Shown here piece by piece: positions 22,393 through 35,549 of a stretch of DNA of 64,000 bases. Position 1 is the stretch's first letter, and each line of letters opens with the position of its first letter. The notes beneath the pieces are model-generated. The model saw only the letters and a program-made list of their open reading frames with translations, was not told where the DNA came from and searched no databases. Made by a program: the position numbers and the translations under genes. This DNA is from Piromyces finnis finn (Eukaryota; Fungi; Neocallimastigomycota): assembly GCA_002104945.1 (NCBI GenBank), contig MCFH01000060.1, positions 124,001 to 188,000 of the forward strand, written 5' to 3'.

Positions 22393-25300
22393 TTAAGAAT
22401 TAACTTCGTCCCTTGAAGTTAAATTTTGTTCTGGTAGAACGTAAGGAAAAATATTTTTAATATGTACATTTCTATCAAGTAGTTTTCCTGTATGTGGATC
22501 TTCAAGTACAATAGTATTAATTTTTTGTTTATTAACAATTTTATAAGGACCATAAAAATAAGGATTTAATTTACTTCTTCCTATTAATCTTATCATAACA
22601 TAATCACCCGGTTTATAAGTCTTCTTTAAAGCTTTGGATAAACCTATTCTATGTTCCCAATATTGATTAGCATGATTAGAATATTCAGTAGCTTGTTTTA
22701 CCCAATTTTGATGCCTTAAAATCTTCTAAAAATATATTCTTCTTCTGTTTCATTAGGATCTTTATAAATATCAGGAAACATTATTTCTAATGGCCATGTG
22801 TCTTTTCTACCATATAATAATTCGAAACTACTAAACTTTGTTTTTGAATTTTTGGTAGTTCTAAGTGACCATAATGCAGATGGTAGATATTCATCCCATT
22901 CAGATTCATTTTCAATTAAGAGTCTTAAAGTTTTTCCTATTTCTTTGTTTCTATTCTCAATCATACCATTAGATTGTGGGTGATGAGGAGAAACAAAATG
23001 AACCCATGATCCATATAAATCAATCATCATTTTAGTAATATCAGAAATAAATGAACTTTCATTATCAGTAACAATTATTTCTGGTGGACCATGTCTTGTT
23101 ATTACTTCTATTAAAAATTTTATTCTTCTGATTTCATATTTGGAATTGCTTTAGCTTCAACCCATTTAGTGAAATAATCAACAAGGGTAATAATATAAGA
23201 ATTTCCATGTTTAGTAAGTGGTAATGGGCCAACTATATCTAATCCGACTCTAGTAAATGGTTGTTCAATTGGGGTTATATTATCTTCAGTATTTTTAGGT
23301 AAAGGCTTAGGTCTACAAAGTTGACATTTTCTACAGGACTTTACCCACATTCTAACATCATTCCAAATACCAGGCCAATAATAAGATTTTAAAATTCTAT
23401 TTGTGGTCTTTTCAGCACCTTCATGACCAACAGAATGAGCACGACTAATAATATCTTTTTTATCTTCATCTTTGTAAATAACTTTAAGATATAATTCATC
23501 TTTTTTATAATAAAGAGTATTATCAACAACTTGATAATTTTTAGTAAAATATTTTTTTATTCCTTCAGGTAGGTCTAAATCTCTTGGATTAAAATCAGAC
23601 AAAATTGCATAAGCACAATTTACTATTTCATCAGAATTTTTAGAAGGTAATCTTGAAAGGGCATCAGCAAAAACATTTTTCTTTCCTTTATCATATTTTA
23701 ATTCAATTTTATATTTATTAAATTCTTCAATCCATCTTGCATGTCTACCTTTTGATGAAATATTCTTTTTATAAAATCCAAGTAATGGTTTATGATCAGT
23801 AATTAATATGGTAGGATTTTTATTACTTATAATATATTGACGAAATTGTAGAATTGCATAATAAATAGCTAATCCTTCAAGGTCAGTAACAGAATAATTC
23901 TTTTCTGAAGTAGATAAAGTACGACTAATACAACAAATTGGATGTTCCAATTTGTCCCCCTCCACCTGTAAGAGTACAGCACCAATGCCATTAGTTGATG
24001 CATCAGTACGAATAATAAATTCTTTATTAAAATCAGGATAACTTAAAATAGGATCACTTAATAGACATTGTCGGATATCTTCAAAAGCATTATTACATTC
24101 TTGTGACCAAATATATTCTTGGTCTTTCTTTAATAAATTAAAAAGAGAGCTTGCTCTAATAGAAAAATTTTGAATAAATTTGCGGTAGTAACTAGCTAAA
24201 CCTAGGAATGATCTTAGTTCATTAACATTTCTTGGAGCATTCCATAAAGCAATACTTTGAACTTTAGAAGGAACAGTTTTTAATCCGTTAGGTGTAAGTA
24301 CATGTCCTAGTACTTCTACCTTTTCTTGAAAGAATTTACATTTTTGTAAATTAAGAGAAAGATTATATTTAGATAATATTTCAAAAACTTGTTGTAAATG
24401 ATAAAGATGTTCTTCTGGTGATTTAGAATAAACAACAATATCATCAATGTAAACAAAAAGACATTTACCAATTAATGGTAAGAGAATCCTATTCATTTCT
24501 CGCTGGAAAGTAGCGGGAGCATTAGTTAAACCAAATGGCATTACTTTAAAATTATAATTACCAAATTTCGTTGTAAAAGCAGTTTTTTCAATATCATTTG
24601 GGTTCATAGGAATTTGGTGGTAGCCAGAGTATAAATCTAAAGCAGAAAATATTTTTGCACCATTAACAGAAGATATTAATTCATCAATAAAAGGAAGTGC
24701 ATAAGAATCCTTAATAGTAATTTCATTAAGTCTTCTATAATCAATACACATTCTCCATTTACCATTTTTCTTTTGTACAAGTAAAACTGGAAATGACCAT
24801 GGAGAGTGAGAAGGAGTAATTAAACCTTTATCAAGTAATGAAAGAATTTCACTTTTTAAAATATCAGCATGTTCCTTAGATAATTTATAAGGTTTTAATT
24901 TTATTGGTTTATTAGTAGTAGTAATTATAGAATGAGGTTCTAAATCCGCAGTAGTTAATTGAGACATTGATGTAGCCATACAATTTTTATATTTATTTAT
25001 AATGTGTTCAAATTTTGATTTAATATTATCAGGTGTTGAATTTAAGATTTCTTTTAACGTATCTTGAAATTCTTGGTTTTCTTCTTTTGAAATAATTATA
25101 GAATTCATTAAGGGAATATCATTAGCATCATTATCATTACTATTGATAATGTTTGTAATTTTCTTTAAACCTTTTTTAGTTTTCTGGTATATATAATCAT
25201 CATCAGGGTCAATAAATAAACGGTATTTCTTTTGAATACCTCTTCCAAAAATTATATCAAAGTATGGATTACTTTGTTCAATAATATAAAATTTTTCTAA

Positions 25301-26239
25301 AATAGTACAACAATTATTAATATTTATTTTTAAAGTAGTAAAAACATTTGTAGGAACAGTAGTACCATTAGCAATAGTTATATTTTGTTCCTCATCACTT
25401 TTTTCAATATTTTTATTTGATAGTTTATTAAAACCATTTGTAGTAATGATATTGACATTTGCGCCAGTATCATAAAGAATTTTTAAATATTTTCCATCTA
25501 TATCACCAATTATTAATGGAATATTAGAGTTATTAAAGGAGTACATCACTTTTTCAACTTTAGGTTTACATCCTTGTTCTAATTCTTTTCTAAGTGATGG
25601 ACTAGCAGAAAGTAATTGGGAAAGACTTATTTTTGGATATAAATTATTTGCTTCTTTAATTATACTAAATTTATCTTTGGTTTTTAACATTTGTATATCT
25701 GTCATATTTCTTTTTGTGGTTACTTTGGTTTTGACAGAATTTTTCTTTACTTTTACATCACTTGTTTCATTATTATTTTTAAAAGTTTCTTCATTGGTAG
25801 AATCATTAGAGTTATTAATTTCAATAGGTTGGATATGTTCTTTTGTATTAGTAGCTTCTTCTAAAGGTATTTCATTTGTATTATTTTGTTCTTCTTCACT
25901 TTCTATTTCTATTTCTTCATTTGGGGTTTCTTCCATAACTTCATCTTTATCTTCACTAATCTTTCTTCTACGAGTATCTCTAATAGCCTTCTTTTGTTGT
26001 TTTAAATTCCTAATATTAGGTTGGTTAAGTATTGAGGGTTTGACAATACTTTTATTATTTGGTGATATTTTATTTTTATCTAATGTTTTAACATTTATTT
26101 TCTTCTTTTGAGCCGCATTAATAGAATAATTATTTTCATTAGAGATATTGGAATTTATTTGTGCTTCTTGTGTATTTTGTGAACTATTTGCAATTTTAGT
26201 TTTTATGGGAGATTGCTTACTCCCATTATTTAGTTTAAA
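22393..26239 (-). pseudogene. pol: pol of element 3 (PR, RT, RH, IN) with two frameshifts in integrase
   Basis: LYDTGA, YIDD, TDAS and HSVGH...CRKC motifs. The frame breaks near 23120 and 22716, and the downstream fragments continue the integrase (PQSNG, GPY). Confidence 0.9.
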
Positions 26240-26848
26240 TGATTGTATTCGTCATCTAATTCTGGACAATCATTCGTAGTATGACCTATTCTTTTACAAT
26301 TTAAGCAAACATTAATTTTTAGGTCAGCAAGCTTTTGAGTTATTTCTTTTAACTCATCATCATTATTTTGTGGGTATTTTAAGGTACTTTTTCTTTGCTC
26401 AACGTTTTGATTAATATTATTAAATCTTGAATAATTATTGTTATCATTATTGTAGTTATTATTTTGAATATTACTATTATAATTATTATTTCTGAAGTTA
26501 TTAGTATAATTTCTATTATTATAATTTTTAAAACTATTTTGAGTAGTGTTATTGTTATTCATTCGGTTATAACTATTAAAATTATTTGAATATGCTCTAT
26601 CATTATTTCTTTGAGCATTATTATCATTTGGAGACCTTCTAGAATTAATGGAAGTTCTTATTTTTGGTCTATTTTCTTCAACTATATTGAAAATTTTCTC
26701 TTTCTTAATAGTAATGTTTCTGGCTTCTTCTAAACTTTTTGGTTCAGCTTCTAAAAGTGCTTCGTAAGTTTTAGTAAGGTTTCTAAAAGCATTAATATAG
26801 TAGGACAATATGATTTCATTTGACATTTTTAAGTTTGTTTTATTTATT
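26230..26848 (-). pseudogene. gag: C-terminal half of the element 3 gag
   Basis: CLNCKRIGHTTNDC knuckle. Joins in frame to 39597-39951 when element E is removed. Confidence 0.9.
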
Positions 26849-27719
26849 TGTAAAGATATAATATATATCTTTAGATTATTTAATAATTAATTATTAATTA
26901 TTAAATAATAAATTAATATTTAGTAAAACTGATTATAAAATTTTTGAGTAAATTTTATGGAATAATTTAATAATAAATTATTTTATAATAATTCCGTAAA
27001 ATTTAAATTAAGATAAATATTTAAATTTAAGGAATAAAAGAATTTTAATTAAATTTAAATATTTCAAATATTTAAAATAATTAAAATATTTTTTAAATAC
27101 TTTTTATTTAATTTTAGAATAGATTATACTTTTTTATTTAAATTTAGAATAGTTTAATAATTTTAACTTAGTTTTAAAAATAGATTTATTTATATTTCAA
27201 TAGGAAATATATTAAGAATAGTATTGATAATATTAAATTAATTTATAGAAAATACATGGGCTTTATTCAATTTTGAGTTTACTCAAATTGAATTAAAAGT
27301 ATAATGAATTAGTTTTAGTTTAGTTTTGTTATTTTATTCTTTAATTAGATTAGTTTTGTTTATTTTATATTAAATATATGTTTATTTAAATAGAATAATA
27401 TATTAGAATATAATTATGAAAAAATATAAATACATGTAATTTTTATTTGTTAAATCGATGTAATTGTTATTTTCAATTTTTTAATTATTAACTATTATAT
27501 AGTTAATAATATTTTTAAGAGTTTAAATAAAAAATGTTTTATTTTTAAAATAAAAATTTAATGTTTTATTTTTTATTTTTGTGTTAATAAAAATTGTTTT
27601 GTTTTAAGTATAAAATCTGTTTTAAATTTTATACTTTTACAATAACAATTACCTTTTCTTATTAAAAAACACGTTTTATATTTAATAATAAAACAATTTT
27701 TATTTTCTGAAGTTACAAC

Positions 27720-28085
27720 ATTGGGAATTGCTACCGTAGAAAATTTGGAACTTTTCGGAAATTTTTTCTCTTCGGAAATTTTTTTTTTTGTCTACTTGAG
27801 AAGCCTACCTTGTGGAACTATTTATGGTGTAACTTCTGTCAGTGTAACATTAATTTTGTGTTACCCTACTTTGTGAAATTCTAAATAAATTTTGTGAAAC
27901 ACTACTTTGCGGAACTATAATTGTGGAATTTTTACCTACTTGTGGAACACTACCTTGTGAAATCCTTCCTACGTGGAATTCTTTTGAACGAATCTCGTGG
28001 AACTTTGCTTGTGGAACTTCTACTCTGTGAAACTTTCCTTTTTATATTGGAATTGGAATAAGTGTAACTCTACTGTATGGAACAA
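27720..28085 (+). repeat. Degenerate short-motif cluster, (T/C)GTG(G/A)AA(C/T), about a dozen copies, in the element E leader
   Basis: TGTGGAAC/TGTGAAA motifs, often preceded by CTAC(C)T, starting ~70 nt after the PBS. Confidence 0.75.
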
Positions 28086-28202
28086 TGAAATCTTTATATA
28101 TAAAATCTATCTGTAATACTAATAGAAATATATTTATGAAATACTCTTGTTTTTAAATTGATGAAACTCTTTTAAAATTAAATTTAATTATAATATACTA
28201 TA

Positions 28203-29099
28203 AAAAGAACTCGCTCGACACCGTTTGATAGGATAGAGTCTGAGCGACATCTTTTATACATAGTATATTATAAATTAAATTGGATATATACAATTAAAAG
28301 AGTAAATTAAATCAAAAAATTAATTGCAAAGTAAGAAAATTAAAACTTATTTAAAAAGAAAGAAAATTAAGAAAAAGTTAATAAAATTTTAAAATTATTT
28401 AAATATATTGAGAAATAAGTGAATTAGTATGTTGATTTCACTTATTTGAATGAATTATTAATTGTTATTTTGAAATGAACTTATTATATACTTAAAAGAC
28501 CTCGCTCGACACCGTTTGATAGGATAGAGTCTGAGCGACATCTTTTAAACATGGTATATAATAATTATAGAATTATTTAAAATATATTGTATGAAAATTA
28601 AAATTTTGATATTTATTAATTAAAATGAAATTGAGAAATAAGTGAATTAAAATGTAAATATCACTTATTGGAAAAAGTTATTTTATTGAAATATATTTAT
28701 TATATATTATAAAAGACCTCGCTCGACACCTTTTGATAGGATAGAGTCTGAGCGACATCTTTTAGACGTAGTATATAATAATTTTAGATTTATTTAAAAT
28801 ACATTGAGAAATATGAAAATTAAAATTTTGATATTTATTAATTAAAAGTAGTTGAGGAATAAGTTATCTTATTGAAATAAATTTATTATATACTATAAAA
28901 GACCTCGCTCGACACCTTTTGATAGGATAGAGTCTGAGCGACATCTTTAGATATTGTATATAATAAATTAAATTGAATATATAATTAAAACAAATTAAAA
29001 TTTGATTATATAATAAGTAAATTTGAAATGAATTTATTATATACATAAAAGACCTCGCTCGACACCTTTTGATAGGATAGAGTCTGAGCGACATCTTTT
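28203..29099 (+). repeat. Array of five near-identical 52-53-bp palindromic repeats with AT-rich linkers
   Basis: AAAAGA(C/A)CTCGCTCGACACC(G/T)TTTGATAGGATAGAGTCTGAGCGACATCTTT(T) starting at 28203, 28494, 28711, 28897 and 29047, with linkers of 238, 164, 133 and 98 bp. Confidence 0.95.
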
Positions 29100-29156
29100 A
29101 GATATAGTATATAATAAATTAAAATTAAGAAATGAATTAAAATTTTACAATAAAAG

Positions 29157-32100
29157 TGTAAAGTCAGACACTAAACCGAATAGATTAGGATATCTAACCT
29201 ATTACAATAACACAAAAATTTGAAAAATAGAATAAAAAATTGTTTTATAAAATATCTTTTATTATAATAGAATTTTAATAATAACAATTACATCGATAAA
29301 ATGATGAAAAATATCTTCTATTTATATTTTTCCTAAATACATTTATATTATATTATAGCTATTTATTTCTTATATATTATTATTTAAAATCTACACTAAA
29401 ATCTTAATTATTAATAAATATTTAAACTATAACTATTTTTAGTAAAATACAATTGGCAATTCAAATTAAGTACCATTTAATTTGAATATGTGCCCATGTA
29501 TTATTGATATATTAATCATTTATTATTTATCTATTTCTATAAAAAAACAATACTAAAACTAGGGATTTAAATTGAGAATATTAATTTACTTGTTAAACAT
29601 TAAAAATAAATTAATAATTTATTTTGTTTTAAACTTTAATTATTAATAAATAAATTATGTCTCATTTTCTTTTTCTGAATATAATTTGTGTAACTTAAAC
29701 AATAATACTTGTGGCTTAAGTTACATTAAAGATATCAAACAGAGGCGTTTGATGTCTTTACAATCTCTCTCTCTAAGTCGAGCTCCTGCGAGATTAATTT
29801 ATAAGGAATCTTTTCTCGAAGGAATTTCAATTACAAATGGTTGGTATCTGTGCTTGATTAGATTACCACCTTTATTCTTTCTTATTCTCATGGAGGAGTC
29901 ATCCAACTTATGTTTTGACTTTTTAGAGTTTCTTTCGAACTCTTGTATTAATTGTTTGTCCGGGATCTGATCTTCAGAAACCCAAGTGGATTTGTCAAAT
30001 CCTTTCCACGATAACTTATAAAATGTCTCACCATTAACAGATTTCATCTTCTCAATTTTTTCTGGAATTTTTTCAATTAAATCTGTGTTAAGATGAATAT
30101 TTCTTTTCCTACTATTAGACCTATCTATAAACTCGTTTTCAAAGTATGGTTCTAACAATGAGACATGAAAGACTGGATGACATCTCATTGTCTTTGGGAG
30201 TTTCAATTTAAAAGCGAGAGAACTAACTTTTTCAATTATTTCAAATGGACCAAGCATTTGAGGTGCTAATTTCTTCTTCAAGTTAGTTCTCGGAGAATCT
30301 TTCAATAACCATACCTTCTTTCCCACTTCAAATTCCGGGGGACTTATTCTTTTCATATCGGCATATTTCTTATATGTTTCTTTTGCTTTTTCTAAGTTTC
30401 CTTTTAATAATTTAAAGTTTTCACTCATATCAATTACTCTTTGTTCAGCTCTACTAGGTCTATCATTAGCCGGGATTTCCAAGCTGAACTTTGGATGAAA
30501 ACCATAATTAGCAAAGAATGGGGATTGATTTATAGATTGCTGTAAAGTATTATTATAAGCAAATTCAGCAAATGGGATAAGATCAACCCAGTTATTCTGC
30601 TTTTTATTGATAAAACAACGGAAATATTGTTCTAATATGCCGTTCACCCTCTCCGTTTGACCATCTGTCTGCGGATGGTTAGCAGTTGACAATGAATGAT
30701 TGATATTAAGAAGGTCACAAAGTCTTGACCAGAAATCAGAAGTAAATTGCGAGCCTCTATCAGAAATAATGGAATTAGGAAGACCATGCAAACGGAAGAC
30801 ATTGGCAATAAAAGCATCAGCAGCAATTGAAGCAGTAGGAAGACAACGTAAAGGAATGGCGTGAGCAAATTTAGTAAATCTATCGACAACAACCATAAGT
30901 GTAGTCATATCTCTGGACTTAGGAAGATCAACAATAAAGTCGATAGAGATATCAGACCAAGGCCTACTAGGAGTGTCCAAAGGGGATAACAATCCATAAG
31001 GCTTATGTCTAGGGACTTTGGATTTGCAACAAGTCACGCAAGATTTAATAAAGGATTTAACATCTGAATGAAATCTTGGCCACCAAAAGTTTCTTGAAAT
31101 AAGTTCGACAGTTTTCTTAATGCCGAAATGGCCAGCAGCAACAGAATCATGATGGAGTTCCAAAACTCTAGTCCTAAGAGATTTAGGAACATAAATAAGA
31201 TTATTAAATAACAAAAATCCTTCACCGTCCATAATAACTTTATCAATATTTTTAATAGGTGCATTACTTGTAGAACCATTCATTTTAAATTGAACAATGG
31301 AATTATACAAATCGTCATTTTTAAGTTCTGATAAAATAGAATCTATTAAAGGTTTGTTATCACTATGATGAAGCGAAATAGTAAGACAAGAAACATCAGA
31401 GTTAATAACATTCACTAAATGATCACTTCTACGAGACAGAATGTCAGGCTTACCAGATTTCTTACCAGCTCTATAAATGAGTTTAAAGTCAAATCTGGAT
31501 AAGAACAAATTCCATCTAATTTGTCTCTGAGATAACATTTCAGGTTTTCTAGGAAATGTTAAGTTCTTGTGATCGGTATAAATTATGAACTGATGGCGTG
31601 CACCCTCTAAGTAATGACGCCATTCTTCAAGTGCAACTATAATGGCTAACAGTTCCTTGTCATATATAGGATAGTTTCTTTGACAACTCGTCAAACTTTT
31701 AGAAAGAAATGCAATGGGATGTAATTTGCCGTCAAACTCTTGAGAGAGAATAGCACCGACAGCATAATTACTAGCATCAGTTTCAACAATAAATTGTTTA
31801 TTACTATCCGCATGTTTCAGAATAGGAGCTGACGTGAACAAAGTTTTTAATAAATTAAAAGCGTCCTGATCTTCTTTCACCCAGTTAAAAGCAACATTTT
31901 TTCTAGTGAGCTTGTGAAGAGGGTTTGCAATTTTAGCAAAGTCTTTAATAAAAATTCTGTAATAGTTACATAGACCAATAAAAGACTGAACCTCTTTAAC
32001 ATTCTTGGGAACCGGCCAATCGAGAATTGCTTTAACTTTATTTTCATCCATTTGCAACCCATCTTTTGAAATGACATAACCAAGAAAAGTGGTTTTCTTA

Positions 32101-35100
32101 ACATCAAACTCACATTTTTCTAATTTAACATAAAGATTATTTTCGAGTAGTTTCTTAAGTACCTTTTTAACATGCTCGTGATGCTCTTCGATATTATTAG
32201 AATAAATAAGGATATCATCAATATATGAGATAACAAAATCATCTAAATAATCACTAAGAACATCGTTAATAAAGTGTTGAAAGGTTGCAGGTGCATTCTT
32301 TAATCCAAAAGGCATAACCAGATATTCAAAATGACCATACCTAGTACGAAAAGCCGTTTTGTATTCATCACCTTCTTTAATACGAACAAGATTATAAGCG
32401 GATTTAAGGTCTAGTTTGGTAAAAATCTTAGCATTTTTCACCCTATCCAAAAGGTCACTTATTAAAGGTAAAGGATATGAATTACGAATTGTAATATCAT
32501 TCAACCTTCTATAATCAATACAAAGTCTTAAGGAACCGTCCTTCTTTTTAACAAACAAAATTGGGGCACCAGCAGGAGACGATGATTTCCTAATGAAACC
32601 TTTATTTAAATTTTCATCTATATACTTTTTAAGTTCCTCTCTTTCAACTTCAGTTAATGGATACAATGGTCCATAAAATAAAGTTGAATCATCCTTAAGC
32701 TTGATTTCACAATCATAAGGTCTATGAGGAGGTAACACTTCACAATTTTTTTCATTAAACACTTCACTAAATTCTAAATATTGGGTTGGTACGGAGACCA
32801 ATTTATCTTTATTAATATACTTTTCATTATTATTATTATTATTACTACATGATTCATTATTATTATTACATGTTTCATTAATTTTCGTTACAATACATTT
32901 AACTTTTTTATTAAAACTAATATATTCCTCATCGCTATCATCTTCATCATTAATGGTTCTAACAAGGCGGCCTTTAATATACTCCTTTTCTTCAGGGTTT
33001 TTTAAAGGGGCTGTAGAGACAGATTTTACTGTTTTAGTTAAACTTCGGTCAAGAACATCATGATCTAGCTGGCTTTTTTGAGACTTCTTTCTTTGCTTCC
33101 TTCTTCTTTTACCTTGGTTACAGTGTCTAGCACAATAACCGGAACTAAAAGCAATTTTCTTAGGATCATAAAAAGCTTCAGGATTATGCTTTTTGATCCA
33201 AGGTAACCCAAGAATAACATCAACTCCAGGAACCTTTAAGCTATACAGCTGAATAACTTCATAATGGTTCCTATATCTTAGCATACATTTCTCCGACTTT
33301 TCCCAGACTCTGGAAATTCCATCATTGACTCCGGAAACACGGAATGGGTCAATATTCTCAAATTTAATGCCAAGATCCTCAGCAATATCCGGGTTAATAA
33401 AATTTAACTCGGAACCAGAATCAATCAACACCTTGATTTTTGCTTCGGGGACCTCGTTAGTACTTAAATAAAAGTCAATAAAATTCAAATCATCTTTTTT
33501 GTCCATTACTCCTACTTTATAAATTTTTGGTTCAACAATCTTAGGAGTTTTTTCTTTAATTATTCTAAAAACCTTCTTGGGTTTTACTCTATTTGGACAA
33601 TTAAATTTAAAATGTCCTGGTTTTTTACACAAAAAACAAACCCCCTTTCTCCTTTCTTCTTCAAACGTTCTTGGGCTCTCATCATAATTATTACTAGTTC
33701 CTTGAATATTTACATAACGTTTACGCTTCTTATCAGCACTAATTCTAAAAACGTCAACATCCATAGGATCATTAGCCCTTCTATTATTAAAATAAAACTC
33801 ACTCAAAGAATTCCTTTTCATCATATCTTCAACTAATATTGTTGAGGATATTAAATGTTCCATAGATGACGGGTTTGTTTCGACAAACGCCAATTTCTCT
33901 CTAAGTAATGGATTTAAACCTTTCAGAAACATATAGATCTTAGCACTTTCGTTAAAGTTGGAATTTTGGCTAACTCGTTGAAACTCGGTGATATAATCAA
34001 CTACTTGACCAAGTTTTCTTTGTCTAATGTTATCGAGTTTACCGTTTGCAACAACAGTGTCATATCGATCACTACCGAAATTAGCTCTGAGGCGATCTAT
34101 AAATTCATCATAATGGTTCAATACATTACTATTATTCCTCATAAGCGATGATGCCCATTCCAGGGGTCTACCAGAGAAGTAGGAAATAACGAAATCAACC
34201 CGGACGCGATCTGTATTATACAGTGCCGGTCGAGTTCGAAATACCAATTCTACTCTAGTTAAAAACCCATCTAAATCTCTATGTCTACCAGTAAACAACG
34301 GAGGAGCATTGATAATGTTCCCTGGATTTACTGTAGAACCACCACCTCTTTCTTCCATTTCTTCTAAATTTAAATTATCAAAAGTATTAATTAATTCCTC
34401 CAACTCTAATACAAAAACACATAAAATTAAAATTAAGTAAAATAACGAGGGTTTCTTACTATTATTTCAAGTAAGTAAATTTTTTTTTTTTTTTTTGTCT
34501 TCTAACAATAAGTTAATAAGTTATTACAGACTCTCTCTGTATAATTACAGTGTCGAACAAGTTATTAACTAATGTTAATTCCAAACTTCAGCCGTAGTAA
34601 TAGTCCTTTTCAAATACGAATTATTCGGTGAAGCGTTCCGATTGATTAAAGTATTCTTGTAGTCCGGTAGAATATCCCAAAGTTCTTGATAATCTTCCTT
34701 AGGTAGCCTTAGCAAAATATTCAAAAATTTCTTCTATTTCTTCAAGTAGAGTTTTCCAAAAAGTTCTTATATTTCTTCTAGTAGAATTCTTCTATTTGTC
34801 CTAGTAGAATCTTCCCAAAAGTTCTTCTATTTCTTCTTGATACCCTAACGTATTCGTAACTATCTGTTTAGGTAATTGTTATTGTAAAGTCAGACACTAA
34901 ACCGAATAGATTAGGATATCTAACCTATTACAATAACACAAAAATTTGAAAAATAGAATAAAAAATTGTTTTATAAAATATCTTTTATTATAATAGAATT
35001 TTAATAATAACAATTACATCGATAAAATGATGAAAAATATCTTCTATTTATATTTTTCCTAAATACATTTATATTATATTATAGCTATTTATTTCTTATA

Positions 35101-35488
35101 TATTATTATTTAAAATCTACACTAAAATCTTAATTATTAATAAATATTTAAACTATAACTATTTTTAGTAAAATACAATTGGCAATTCAAATTAAGTACC
35201 ATTTAATTTGAATATGTGCCCATGTATTATTGATATATTAATCATTTATTATTTATCTATTTCTATAAAAAAACAATACTAAAACTAGGGATTTAAATTG
35301 AGAATATTAATTTACTTGTTAAACATTAAAAATAAATTAATAATTTATTTTGTTTTAAACTTTAATTATTAATAAATAAATTATGTCTCATTTTCTTTTT
35401 CTGAATATAATTTGTGTAACTTAAACAATAATACTTGTGGCTTAAGTTACATTAAAGATATCAAACAGAGGCGTTTGATGTCTTTACA
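29157..35488 (-). mobile_element. Full-length chromovirus (element 4) inserted in the hairpin array of element E
   Basis: 606-bp LTRs (29157-29762, 34883-35488), TSD AAAAG, PPT AGAGAGAGAG, and an intact single ORF. Confidence 0.97.
29799..34403 (-). CDS. Gag-Pol polyprotein with divergent chromodomain (element 4); the track start is TTG and the first in-frame ATG is at 34358
   Basis: CFLCKKPGHFKFNC knuckle, LIDSGS, YIDD, TDAS, HHCC/DDE, and a chromodomain-like FYKLSWKGFDKSTWVSE lacking the first aromatic-cage residue. Confidence 0.95.
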   Translation of the reverse strand: MEELINTFDNLNLEEMEERGGGSTVNPGNIINAPPLFTGRHRDLDGFLTRVELVFRTRPALYNTDRVRVDFVISYFSGRPLEWASSLMRNNSNVLNHYDEFIDRLRANFGSDRYDTVVANGKLDNIRQRKLGQVVDYITEFQRVSQNSNFNESAKIYMFLKGLNPLLREKLAFVETNPSSMEHLISSTILVEDMMKRNSLSEFYFNNRRANDPMDVDVFRISADKKRKRYVNIQGTSNNYDESPRTFEEERRKGVCFLCKKPGHFKFNCPNRVKPKKVFRIIKEKTPKIVEPKIYKVGVMDKKDDLNFIDFYLSTNEVPEAKIKVLIDSGSELNFINPDIAEDLGIKFENIDPFRVSGVNDGISRVWEKSEKCMLRYRNHYEVIQLYSLKVPGVDVILGLPWIKKHNPEAFYDPKKIAFSSGYCARHCNQGKRRRKQRKKSQKSQLDHDVLDRSLTKTVKSVSTAPLKNPEEKEYIKGRLVRTINDEDDSDEEYISFNKKVKCIVTKINETCNNNNESCSNNNNNNEKYINKDKLVSVPTQYLEFSEVFNEKNCEVLPPHRPYDCEIKLKDDSTLFYGPLYPLTEVEREELKKYIDENLNKGFIRKSSSPAGAPILFVKKKDGSLRLCIDYRRLNDITIRNSYPLPLISDLLDRVKNAKIFTKLDLKSAYNLVRIKEGDEYKTAFRTRYGHFEYLVMPFGLKNAPATFQHFINDVLSDYLDDFVISYIDDILIYSNNIEEHHEHVKKVLKKLLENNLYVKLEKCEFDVKKTTFLGYVISKDGLQMDENKVKAILDWPVPKNVKEVQSFIGLCNYYRIFIKDFAKIANPLHKLTRKNVAFNWVKEDQDAFNLLKTLFTSAPILKHADSNKQFIVETDASNYAVGAILSQEFDGKLHPIAFLSKSLTSCQRNYPIYDKELLAIIVALEEWRHYLEGARHQFIIYTDHKNLTFPRKPEMLSQRQIRWNLFLSRFDFKLIYRAGKKSGKPDILSRRSDHLVNVINSDVSCLTISLHHSDNKPLIDSILSELKNDDLYNSIVQFKMNGSTSNAPIKNIDKVIMDGEGFLLFNNLIYVPKSLRTRVLELHHDSVAAGHFGIKKTVELISRNFWWPRFHSDVKSFIKSCVTCCKSKVPRHKPYGLLSPLDTPSRPWSDISIDFIVDLPKSRDMTTLMVVVDRFTKFAHAIPLRCLPTASIAADAFIANVFRLHGLPNSIISDRGSQFTSDFWSRLCDLLNINHSLSTANHPQTDGQTERVNGILEQYFRCFINKKQNNWVDLIPFAEFAYNNTLQQSINQSPFFANYGFHPKFSLEIPANDRPSRAEQRVIDMSENFKLLKGNLEKAKETYKKYADMKRISPPEFEVGKKVWLLKDSPRTNLKKKLAPQMLGPFEIIEKVSSLAFKLKLPKTMRCHPVFHVSLLEPYFENEFIDRSNSRKRNIHLNTDLIEKIPEKIEKMKSVNGETFYKLSWKGFDKSTWVSEDQIPDKQLIQEFERNSKKSKHKLDDSSMRIRKNKGGNLIKHRYQPFVIEIPSRKDSL

Positions 35489-35549
35489 AAAAGTAAAAGT
35501 AATAAATGTGTAAAGTTAGTTAAATAAATAAATTATTCTTTATTATAAT

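Noticed and set aside
28240-28248. Hammerhead ribozyme core suggested by CTGAGCGA
   Set aside because: It does not fit CUGANGA, is buried in a stem, and has no correctly placed GAAA.
28864-29094. 76-aa ORF with a repeated MSLRLYPIKRCRARSF peptide
   Set aside because: Translation of the DNA repeat on the antisense strand; the frame is not maintained across the other units.
28203-29099. CRISPR array (palindromic repeats with spacers)
   Set aside because: The linkers are 98-238 bp, homologous to each other and variable in length; there are no cas genes, and the context is a eukaryotic retroelement.
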